49,759 nt of DNA from Basidiobolus ranarum. Lineage: Eukaryota. The stretch is from the NCBI GenBank assembly GCA_040143965.1, contig JASJQH010006894.1:1-49759 (forward strand), in the 5' to 3' direction. A program made the translations under genes and the position numbers. The notes under the pieces are model-generated. The model worked only from the letters and a program-made list of their open reading frames with translations, had not been told where the DNA came from and did no database searches. Below, piece by piece: positions 1 to 11,000 of this stretch (positions within the stretch are counted from its first letter, which is position 1; every line of letters starts with the position of its first letter).

Positions 1-478
1 TCTATATATCTGAGAACTTCTAAGTAAATTCTGATTGAGAATAATTGATAATATCTTAGTGAATTATAAGATAACTAAGTACTAAGCTATATATGACTAT
101 ATAGGTGTTTATTATACTCAGACATACCAAGAAAAGTACACTCTGGATATGGCCAGCTTCTCAAAATCAGCAAATATAGAGAAGTTGGAGAGATAGCCAC
201 ATAATTAATTGGGAGAATTTAAGATTTGAGACAGAAGCTTTAAAGAAATGAGGATATTGTGAGTTTAAGAGATAACCACAGCTGATCAAGAATAAAAGAA
301 ATTTTGTCTTTATGATAACAGTAAGCAAAGCATGGGATTATGATCCTTGTATTTGCAAGAGTAGTATTGCTTGACAAAGTAAGAAAAATCTTCAAACATT
401 CATATCTAATACAACATACACTTTGATCTTGAGATAAATCATACTTGCCAAAGATATTAGTTAAGTTATATATGAAAT
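1..478. other. AT-rich block with no CpG; possible decayed methylated repeat or transposon remnant
   Basis: By-eye scan finds no CG dinucleotide in 1-478 (first CG at 479-480). There is no long ORF and no recognisable TE motif. Confidence 0.35.
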
Positions 479-1170
479 CGATAAAATCTTTGGTCCATGT
501 TTGATCACTGTCTATTAGTGGGATTAGTAATACAATGAAATGGCCAGCTAGCTTGCACCGTTATGTATATTTACTATTGAACACTATCTCAGATCACAGC
601 AGAGAAGAATTTTGATATGCTGCGTTTCAGTACAAAGGGCGAGCTCTGAATAGAAGTAAGCTCCTTTGGGTATTTTATCAACTCCACAAACACTGGCTAC
701 ATCGAGGCAATAATGGAGGTAATAATCGAGATCAATAATAACTGATATCTGCACTGCTACTATACGGAATCCCATTTCCAAGGATATCTTGAAATTCACT
801 AAAATCATCTGAGTCAGGGCAATATTAGATGAAACGGGATACAGCCAATCCCACAAGGTATGAGAAACAGTGCATCCATCGATTGATTCGATTTTAGCTT
901 TTGTCAATCCTCAGATTGCTATTAATTCTGTCCCTTCTAATATCCATAAAAGGCAGAAAAACCTTCTAGCGAATAGATGTCAAGGTCACAACATTACTCA
1001 TACTCATCTGGTTTTACATCAAATACCAAATTTAGTAAAAAAAAGTACTAGTCATCGAGATCCCGTTTATGTATGCATCCAAGCCTTCATAAAAAGGTGT
1101 GCCTTGAGAAGATGCAATCAAAAGTATCCTTCAGATCGTTTATCTTCGTCATCTACTGCATCTCTGGATT

Positions 1171-3436
1171 ATGAGTATTGAAGTAGCTCAGCAAAAAACC
1201 AAGGTACATTAATAATAGAGTGTCCTCCTTTGCCTTTACTAATTTATCTCAGAGAAAACGAGCTCTTCAGGAACCTAAGGTATGGGCGGAGACAATTCAA
1301 GAACTTTGCGAGGGAACCGATTACTTTCATTCCTATCAAAGCGCCGTCTACACAAGAGATAATGCCGCCATTAGTATCCTGCTAAATGGCTTTCCTGCAC
1401 AAAGAGATGTATTCCGTAGAGGAGTATTTATTACTCATGGGTAGGTTTACTTTTATCCTGAGCATCCGACGCGCTTTATTAAACCATCTTTATCGAGTGG
1501 TGGTCGCAGTTGCGAGGTAATAAGTAAAGACGGCTCCCGCCACTTCCGTCTCTCGTCGTCCCAAACGCGCTCAGACCCCGGAGTTAGAAGTTTGTTCAAC
1601 TCTATGATCAAACGACAGCCACTGGTTGCGATTATAGGCGACAAATACCAGCTAGTAGACTTTGATATTCCTCACCCCTATTGTGTTCTAGGATGGTACG
1701 CCATAACCCACGCCTGGGTTAGTGGTGAATTTTTACTAGCATTCAATTTAAGAAGTGCCGTCACTGATTCTCATCTCTAGGCGGAATTAGAGGATGCGAT
1801 AGACGGAGATAATAATGGCACTAGCTACAACAGGCATATCAGGTATAAGTTTCGATTTGAACGATTAGAGAACCAAGACCCACCTTGGTGGTATGATGAA
1901 GCGCCATTAGCTAATGAACTACATCCCTCCGAAGGGAATATTTGTGATTATGACTCAATATTTCTGCAAAATGGGTGTTCATTTCCGTTTGACTTCAATA
2001 AGCTGAATCCTGTACATGGATGTTTCAAAAGTCATATGTGTTATATTTGCGGCTCGAACTATCCAAGGGTGTTTTCTGAGGTCTTTGTATGTCTCAATGA
2101 ATCATGCTCGGCCTTTTGGAAGGTCAGTGTTTTTCTAAACGTCAAGTCGGCGATCACCTGCAACTAATTTACTTATTTTAGGTTGAAATGATCACTTCGA
2201 ACGATGAGTTGCTCATGACCAAACTGACATCTGGGCTTAGCTATGAACCCAAGTTTGTTTCTACTACTTTTATAAAGTCTAATAGTATTAGTCAACAACT
2301 ACCTCTCTCAGTGATCCCGAACACTAAAAACAAGGACATCAATTGTCGGGCATGCTACTGCCGTCGATGTGGTAGAATTTCTTGTCGAGAAGAACTTTAC
2401 CGTTGGCAATGTCCAACTTGTGGGGTAAATCTGGTTATTATAGGATTTAGTTTGTATTATACTTACGCTATTTTTGGAATTGCACAAAAGAATTTTTCTC
2501 TGTTCCAAGTTCAAGCATTAAAGCCTTCCATGTCTGTTCTATATGGGCTGCAGAACGAGATGCGGACTAACAACGTGGAGACTGATGAAATCATAACAGA
2601 GAAGAGAATGGGCACCAACGGAACGAATGAGATTATATACACCATACCCAAAGTTGGTTTTATAATTCACAAAATTGCACAGCCGCAGTTGTTTGAGGAA
2701 ACATTGTGTCTGCTGAACTCGTATCTAGCAGAGGATGAATCTCGACCTCCATTTCGTAGATGTCGTTTAAGTCGAGCACCCTGTAAGTGGTTTTCCCTAT
2801 TTAAACATACATTACATTTCAGCTCTCATTGAATGACTTTGTGACTCACCTTTGATCGACTTTAGTAGGAATTCGGCCTTTCCTCTCCAATCAATTTCAG
2901 TTCAATGTCGGAGAGCCTTATAAGTTTGTTACCAGTGTGGATACTATTCCTTTTTCGGAGGCACCAGAATCGGTGATTCAGGCGATGAATATTCTGAAGC
3001 GCGAAACAGGTTATCAAGATTTCAATGAGTTACTTAGCATTGCATACTTGCAAGGTCAAAAGATTGGTTGGCACGACGATGGCGAAAAAGAAGTAGGTGA
3101 AGTTATAGCTACTCTAAGTCTAGGAAGCCCAGCGACTATGTATTTTCGAAGGCATCGCTTGCAGTCCAGACGATATGAAAAGAACCAAGAGAAAGCAATG
3201 CTGGGCAACTATACAAGAAGAAAAGAGAAACAAAGTGTTTTGGATTTGAACTTACGCCATGGGGATGTTTTGATTATGCATGGTAGAAGCATCCAGAAAT
3301 ATTTTGAGCACCAAGTAGTTCCGCAAGGATTCCGAATAGGTAGTGTATTATAGAGCTTTGTCAATTCTTGATAGAGGTTTATTTACAATTTGCGTATCAA
3401 CTAGCGATAACTGCTCGCCGTATGCTTAATAGTTAG
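1171..3436 (+). CDS. Fungal AlkB-family 2OG-Fe(II) dioxygenase with N-terminal SRA/SAD-like domain and Cys clusters (multi-exon; start uncertain)
   Basis: Introns at 1204-1252, 1441-1497, 1718-1780, ~2124-2181, ~2783-2868 and ~3341-3404. C-terminal motifs: IGWHDDGE (HxD), IATLSLGSPATMYFR, LRHGDVLIMHG, FEH, RIAITAR; stop TAG 3434-3436. N-terminus: PKVWAETIQELCEG..YQSAVY..THGGGR..PYCVLGWYAITHAW..RYKFRFERL. Middle: CxxC clusters (CYICG..CLNESC; CRRCGRISCR..WQCPTC). Confidence 0.85.
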
Positions 3437-3789
3437 TTGAGACAGTACTAACACTGTCTCTACTTTTGCTGATTGCTTTTCGATCTTTCGCGGAATAGCA
3501 GCAGGTGTGAGAAAGAATTAAACACTTGAAGAGTAATAAACTTCTAATATCGTTTGACTAAAGCTTGGTAACGATAGAATGAGCAATAATATATATATAT
3601 AAGCAGTACATTTGTGACCGTCTATTTAGTAACTAGATTCGATGCGTGAAACAATAGCAAATATTCCATTTATATAACCCGTGATAGCAAGTTGTAAATC
3701 ATCCAATCAAGAGCTCAGGATTGGCCAATAAAACCGACCGAGCAATGACCAATTTTCCTCCTTTTACTGTTTCTTAACAGACTAACAAC

Positions 3790-4502
3790 ATGAGGTTAGT
3801 ATTGTTAATTTGACGCATCCATCCAGAACCCGTCTTAACATGCATTCCTAATGTAGCAAAATTTCTGTCGCTGCCGTGAGAGAGTCCGTCCGTATCGTTT
3901 TGGCTGAAAGCCAAGAAAAGTCTCGTAAGTTCACCGAGACCGTTGAACTTCAGATTGGTCTCAAGAACTACGATCCTCAACGTGATAAACGTTTCTCTGG
4001 AACTATCAGACTTCCCCACATTCCTCGTCCCAAGATGTCGGTTTGCGTTTTAGGTGATGCTCATCACTGCGATCAAGCAAAGGAACAAGGCTTGGAATCT
4101 ATGTCAGTTGAAGATCTCAAGAAATTGAATAAAAACAAGAAGCTCATCAAGAAATTGGCCAAGAAGTACGATGCTTTCCTTGCATCCGAAGCCTTGATCA
4201 AGCAAATTCCTCGTCTCCTGGGACCTGGCCTTCACAAGGCTGGTAAATTCCCTACCCCCGTTTCCCACAACGACAATTTGACTGACAAGGCTAACGAGCT
4301 TCGCTCCACCATTAAGTTCCAACTTAAGAAGGTGCTTTGTCTTGGTGTTGCTGTTGGTCACGTTGAAATGACCGAGGATCAAATCTTGGGTAACATCATG
4401 TTGTCCATCAACTTCTTGGTTTCTCTCTTGAACAAGAATTGGCAGAACGTCAAGTCACTCTTCATTAAGAGCTCCATGGGCAAACCCCAGCGTCTTTATT
4501 AA
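3790..4502 (+). CDS. RPL1: 60S ribosomal protein uL1 (L1/L10a)
   Basis: ATG at 3790 and intron 3795-3856, giving [48 protein letters not shown]. Confidence 0.98.
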
Positions 4503-4964
4503 AGGAACTTCGACTCTATTTCTTGGTTTTTAGCCTGGATCCTGAAAACCTCACGGCGTACCAAGGTTACTGCAATAGTGCAGTGTTTTTACTGCAAGCA
4601 CGCTAATCATTGGGAGAATCCATATTGAATATTTGCTCAAATAAATATCATCTACCACCAACTACTGTCACTTAATTTCCTAATCCACCGCCAACCATTG
4701 TTACTTCATTTCTTGTGAAGCATTACTATATTGGGTATGGTCATTGATTGGAGCCGTTGTTTACTACAACTTGGTATTTGCCTCGATCGCTCTTTCTTTC
4801 TGACTCCCGATACTTGTCTTTATATATCCATATTTGTATTTAGCCACATCCAATATGGCTGAGTTAGATGCCGTCAGAGCACAGCAAAGATAGACTCAAC
4901 AACCAACCACTCACTCTTTTCGTACATATCGTATATTTCGTATATTGCTTTCTTTTCTTACAAG

Positions 4965-5899
4965 ATGAGATTATTCATCCTTGAAGATTTTGACAAAGTT
5001 AGTTATTATATTGGTAAGTTTCATCACTGTACCTTGTTTCTATTAACAGTCCCAGTAACATACTTGATTGAATAGCTGATTACATAAAAAAGCGTATACT
5101 TCAGTTCAAGCCTACTTCAAGCCGACCGTTTGTTTTAGGACTTCCATGTGGCTCTAGCCCCATCGGTGTTTATCGTTACTTGATTGAATTCTATCGAACT
5201 GGACAACTTTCCTTCCAACATGTTGTCACGTTTAACATGGATGAGTATGTTGGTTTACCAAAAGAACATCCAGAAAGTTACCATACATTTATGTGGATAC
5301 ATTTATTTCGTCATATTGATATCCCAGTGGAGAATGTCAACATTTTGAATGGGAATGCCACCAACTTGGATGAGGAGTGTCAACGATACGAGGATAAAAT
5401 CCGTTCAGTGGGTGGCATTGAATTATTTATGGGTGGGATAGGTCCGGATGGTCATATTGGATTTAATGAGCCCGGATCCTCTTTACACTCACGTACACGT
5501 CCCAAAACTTTAACCTATGAAACCATCCTAGCCAATGCACGATTCTTCGATGGAGATATGGTGAAGGTACCGAAGCTTGCTTTGACAGTTGGTATAGCTA
5601 CATTCATGTCAGCTAGAGAGGTCTGTCTCATTATTACTGGACAACATAAGGCCGTGGCATTGGCTAAGTGTATCGAAGAATGTGTTAATCATGCTTGGGC
5701 GGTATCGTGCATTCAGTTACACCCCTCTGCCTTAGTTGTTTGTGATGAAGATGCAACACAGGAACTGCACGTTAAAACAGTCAACTATTTCAACAGTATC
5801 CAGCAAATTCAACAGAAAGTCATTGGCCCAGAGAATATTGACTTGAAAGGTTCAGTCATCAACTTTCATCCGAATTGGCTGAACCGTATTCGCTATTGA
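4965..5899 (+). CDS. NAG1: Glucosamine-6-phosphate deaminase/isomerase (NagB/GNPDA)
   Basis: ATG at 4965 ([13 protein letters not shown]), intron 5014-5075. Motifs [40 protein letters not shown]. Confidence 0.95.
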
Positions 5900-6107
5900 G
5901 ATTGAAGTTGAACTTGAGCTTGTGATTGCTGTTGAACAAAAAAAAATAAACATAACTCTAACTGATCTGTGCTTAAATTGTAAACTCAGTTAGTATTAGC
6001 TCATGCGATGGTTTGAACTTGCATTTGTGGTTGCCATAAAACCATGGATCATTTCTGATTCTATTTCGATCTTACTAACCCTCTTCTTGGCCCTTTCCCT
6101 CCGTAGC

Positions 6108-6859
6108 ATGAGAATCCGCTTGATGGAGGCGTTCGTTGGGGCGTTCTTGTTAAAAATTGGAATGTGTGATGATGGTATTTGGAAGAGAATTAACTAGTCC
6201 ATTGGAATCCTTCTAATCCCTGTTCTGTTATTTAGTGGAAAAATGCTTTACCCCATGCCGAGAAAAGAATAGTGGCCAAGCGTTGATCTCATGCGCGGTA
6301 AACTGTGTTGGAATCTCAAATGCTACTTCAGAAGACAGTATGTTGAATTCATATTCTTTGAAATAACCTTCATCTAATAACCAATCTACTCATTCCGTTA
6401 GTTAAATCCATCACTGAATGTACTAAAAAATGTGATGGTAAAATCAACTGTCACATTCTGTGTATTCGTGAATATTTTAAACGAGTCCCGGAAAATAGTG
6501 ATAGAGTTAATGTTTCTAAAATCACTCCTAATTTTAACCCAACTACCATTATCAATAATCAAGTAAAGACGATTAAACAAGATGTAAAGATTTCTACTGA
6601 AGTCACGAAATCTTCCATCACTAGTCATTCCACATTAAGCGCTTCTATAGCCATCGCTATGTCTTTGTCAGCCTCAACAACACCAACGGTTCGATCAGCA
6701 CCTCTTCCGTTCTCGCCAGGGTTCCCTTCAAATAAAACGACCGTTACTTTACCTAACCCAAACAGAACTGGAGCGCCGAGGGGAAGCGAGGGAAACTTCA
6801 TCACTATCCCCCTGCTATTAACATCACTAATATCTTGGGCCAGTTATCTAATCACATAA
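6108..6859 (+). CDS. Putative GPI-anchored Cys-rich, Ser/Thr-rich cell-surface protein
   Basis: Introns 6175-6235 and 6338-6401 join MRIRLMEAFVGAFLLKIGMCDDVEKCFTPCREKNSGQALISCAVNCVGISNATSEDIKSITECTKKCDGKINCHILCIREYF (four CxxxC) to an S/T/P stalk and a hydrophobic C-terminal tail (FITIPLLLTSLISWASYLIT*). Confidence 0.72.
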
Positions 6860-7179
6860 ACAGATCCATATTTCTAAAAGGATTTCAAAAGAGAATAAAT
6901 ATCACCAAGATTGGATTATTATTAAAAAACCTAACCTATGATCAACATGGAATCTATTAATACATCATTCAGATATTTGGGAGATAATTACCACTTGGAA
7001 AAATAGCCAGATAATTACAAGATTTTAGATTTCGCCCAAACCATGTGGTTGTTAGTGAATTGTGGTTATTATTGAACTGTAGACATTAAATGTAAATAAT
7101 AAAAATAGTCACTACTAAAATCTATCTTGGAGTATATATTCAAGAGAACTTCGGTTCCATTAGAATTCAAATTAATAAG

Positions 7180-7664
7180 ATGCAACCTACTTTTTTATTA
7201 TACTCGTTCTTACTTGGTTTCTCTAACTCGGTAATAGGTCAGAGTATAAGTAGTTCCTCAGTCACCTCATCAACATCCAGCTCAGTAGTAATCTCTTCGT
7301 CCGCAAGTAGTGGTCCTTCGTCAAGTGTATCCATAACACCGATTCAAACTACCGTCAGTAGTACTGCCGCTACCAATACCGTCGTCTCATCCGCTACCTC
7401 GGCTACTCAGACAGTAGCAATTATCACTCCTGTAACTACTACAGTATTGTCAACTGTAGCTACGAATACCTTCGTTTCTGGAACTGATACATGCCTGTTT
7501 CTATCAACATCTGTAGTTACTCCTTGTGAGACCGTCAAACCTAGTCCTACTAAATGTCACGTCTCAAAGAAACCAACTCCTTCTGGAAAGTGTCATGATG
7601 ACAAAAAGAAGCCAACTCCCTCTGGAAAGTGTCATGATGATAAAAAGAAGCACAAGGATGATTG

Positions 7665-7696
<32 letters not shown>

Positions 7697-7917
7697 CTCA
7701 TGAAGGTGACGACGATGATGATGATTAAGACGACGACGATGATGATGAAGACGATTGCAATGACTCAGGAAAGTCACCCAAGAAATGTAAGCATGGAGTA
7801 TACAAATGTGTAGGTACCAACTTCCATCAATGTATTCATGGTAAATGGGTATCCAAGAAATGTAGCACAGGTACCAAATGTTGTAAGATCAATTCCACCT
7901 CAGTAGTTTGTGCTTGA
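7180..7917 (+). CDS. Secreted Ser/Thr-rich protein with Asp tract and C-terminal CBM19-like chitin-binding domain; interrupted by in-frame TAA at 7726-7728
   Basis: Signal peptide, S/T stalk, two KKPTPSGKCHDDKK repeats and poly-Asp. After the TAA the same frame continues to KKCKHGVYKCVGTNFHQCIHGKWVSKKCSTGTKCCKINSTSVVCA* (TGA 7915-7917). Confidence 0.75.
7657..7755 (+). repeat. (GAT/GAC)n trinucleotide tract encoding poly-Asp
   Basis: Runs of gatgatgat/gacgac seen directly. Confidence 0.9.
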
Positions 7918-7971
7918 AGATGCTTTTAAAGATGGATTGTTGTGCTTGAAGATGCTTTCAAAAATGGATTG
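7908..7971 (+). repeat. 32-bp tandem duplication spanning the final stop codon
   Basis: ttgtgcttgaagatgcttttaaagatggattg followed by ttgtgcttgaagatgctttcaaaaatggattg (2 mismatches). Confidence 0.9.
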
Positions 7972-8029
7972 ATTTCATTTCGTTTATTAATACAATGGAA
8001 GTTTTGAAATAAAAAGTATTGGATTCTAT

Positions 8030-11000
8030 CTAACAATCCTCTAATATTAATTTGGGTAAAATGTTCATGCTTTGCAATTCTTGGAATAACAATTTAGCTG
8101 CGTAGGGAATGGTCATCTTCACTATCCGCTTGCTGGATTTGCAATACTGACACCATCCACTGTAGCCTAAAAGACCGCATTCCTCACAAACGTGCACTTC
8201 AAAGGCATCGGAGGAAATCATTAAACGTTCAAGAAGCAACATACTGGCACCATAACCGATCAGACAATCACGTTCCATCTCACCAAGACGAAGACCACCA
8301 TCACGGGAACGACCTTCGGTAGGTTGACGGGTTAAAACGGCGCGAGGTCCACGAGCACGAGCATGCATCTTATCCATCACCATGTGCTTCAATTTCTGGT
8401 AATAAACGGGGCCAAAGAAGATGTATGCAGATAAGGGTTCACCAGTGATGCCGGATGTAACATAATCCTTACCAGAATAACTGAATCCATTCTCAATAAG
8501 AATTTGACTCATATCTTCCACTTTACTACCACCGAATGCAGTTCCGTACTGGAATTCTCCCTTGAGGACACCCGCTTTACCGGCAAGTAATTCGATCATC
8601 TTACCCACCGTCATTCGAGATGGGAAACCGTGGGGGTTCATGATAATATCCGGGCAGACTCCTTGATCGGTGAAAGGCATATCTTCCTGGTTTACAATAA
8701 TACCACACACACCCTTTTGTCCGTGACGAGAACTGAATTTGTCTCCAAGCTCTGGTCGACGAGTTTGTCGGATAAGAACCTTGATAAGGGTCTGATCGTT
8801 TTCGCTTGTGGTCAGCAATACTTTGTCGATATATCCAGGGGCTGGGGATTTGTAGGACATAGGAGAGGCCTTGAAGCCACCATCGGTAGCACCAACGTTG
8901 GTACCAACTCCGACATCCATACTGGTGTTCACCGGAGTTTGCTTGTTAATGTAGACTTGGCCTGGATTCACTCGCTCACCAACACCGCAAATACCATCTG
9001 CTTCAAGAATATCGAATTTCTCGGGGACGAAGCCTTCAGCATCCAAGGGAGGATCAGCCAAACGATCGTATGTTCCATTGGCATACTTACGAACCATGGT
9101 AGCGTACTTGCGCATAACCTGACATCTTCCGAAGCCACGATCTAACGATGCCTTGTTCAACACCAGAGCATCTTCAATATCGTAACCAGAATAAGACATG
9201 ACAGCAACGGTGGCATTTTGTCCGGCAGGTAGCTTGTCATAGCCAATCAATTCGATGGTCTTGGTTTTGACAAGTGGCTGCTGAGGGTACACCATTAGAT
9301 AGAGTAGAGTATCAATTCTGTTTAATTGATTGTAACCAATCACCCCGATGGCCTGCTTACCCATAGCACATTGGTAAGTGTTACGAGGACTTTGGTTATG
9401 ATGAGGATATGGGATCAATCCTGCAACCGCTCCAAGAATAGTGAAGGGTTCGATTTCCACGTGAGTGGTTTCGGGAATGGTCTCATTCTCATAAAGGGCA
9501 ATATTAGAGTCATTCTCTTCGTTTACATCCAGATACTCCACAAGACCCATACGGAGGAAATCATCAAAGGCCAGTTTCCCAGCGACAAGCTCCTGAATAT
9601 GGATATCCTTGACGCGACTCTTTTGATTCTCCACAATAATCAATGGTCGGCAGATTCTTCCACCGTCTGATGCGATGTTGACCGTCTGCTGATGCTTGTT
9701 GATGTAGATACTTACGAACTCCGAGACACGTCCAGCTCTACGAAGACGTCTGAAATCTCCAACAAACTTATTGGGTTGTCGGGTAACACCAAGGATCACA
9801 CCGTTGAGAAACACGAGATAAGTATTGGATGAATACAACTCGGCACCAGAAAGGAGATTGACATCTTCAACACCTAGAATGTATACAAGACGTGCAATGG
9901 GCTCGTCTTCGTCGTCAGTGGTGATATGGGTCATCAGGGCCAAATTTTTCACCAGACCACAGGCTTCACCCTCAGGAGTATCGGATGGACAAAGCATACC
10001 CCATTGAGAAGGCTGCAGAGATCTAGGTCCACTGACCTTTCTAGTTTTCTCGAATTGAGAGGTGATACGAGTCATCATACCAAGGGCACTGATATAACTG
10101 AGACGACTAAGAACTTGAGTTATTCCAGCTCTTTCCATCTTGAAACGCTTCAAAGTCCAGTTACCAGTTGAGATGGCTCGTACAAAACCAGAGGTGATGT
10201 GATCACCGTGACATAGAAGTTGATTGTAAACATCGAACTCTTGGGTACGGTTGGGTTTCTTTAGGACTTTGTCGATGTTAATCTTGAGACCGTGATTGAA
10301 CATTTTGAACATATCTTCGAAAAGTAGTGAGAGAAGCTGTCCAGCCAACTCTAATCTCTTGTTACCAACGTAATCACGATCATCAATTAACCTCTCGTTA
10401 TTCATGGCCATGATTGCACGACGAATCATAGCGGCAATGTAGATACACTTGGGGCGGAAGTTGAGGCCATCGACGGGAACGTGAGCTAGAATTACTGATG
10501 ATAAAATTTCAAGAGCTTCCTCAGACTGTAAGAGAAACTCGTTTAGTTTGGGGGAAGGGATAAAGTCTAAGTAAGCCGGGAATGACATACCATGGGTCTG
10601 CGAACACTTGCGATTTTTCGGGTGACTTTAACTTTACTGCCAATGTAGTCAAGAGCTTGTTGTTGTGTAAAGATCTTAAGCTTAGCGCATTCTTCCAAAC
10701 TAGGAGCGAATGCATCCAGGAATGAAGGATCACTACCACCTACAAGCTGAGCAATTTCCTTGTCTGCTTGCAAGCCCATAGCCTAAAGAAATTGGAACGA
10801 ACCACGGTGTGAGTACAAGGGGAGTATAGGGCATGATTTTGTGTGGCAACAAACCTTCATGGCAATGACAACTGGTAGATCCTCGTTGATGGAATTATGA
10901 CGCAAGTAAAGTTTCCCATGTTTAACAGTGACATAAGTTTTACTCTTTCTCTCGTGAGTAGAACTGAAGAGGTTCAAGCATTAGTTCCACCGAATAATCA

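Noticed and set aside
647-812. In-frame TGA codons as selenocysteine
   Set aside because: No redox-motif context and no SECIS recognised; CpG decay or non-coding status is simpler.
584-907. 107-aa minus-strand ORF
   Set aside because: No motif or ATG start; the splice signals in this interval favour the plus strand.
7706-7729. GT..AG 24-nt mini-intron that would remove the TAA in frame
   Set aside because: Far shorter than other introns here and lacks a branch point; not excluded without RNA-seq.
7526-7813. Poly-Met and poly-His ORFs
   Set aside because: Alternative frames and strands of the GAT repeat.
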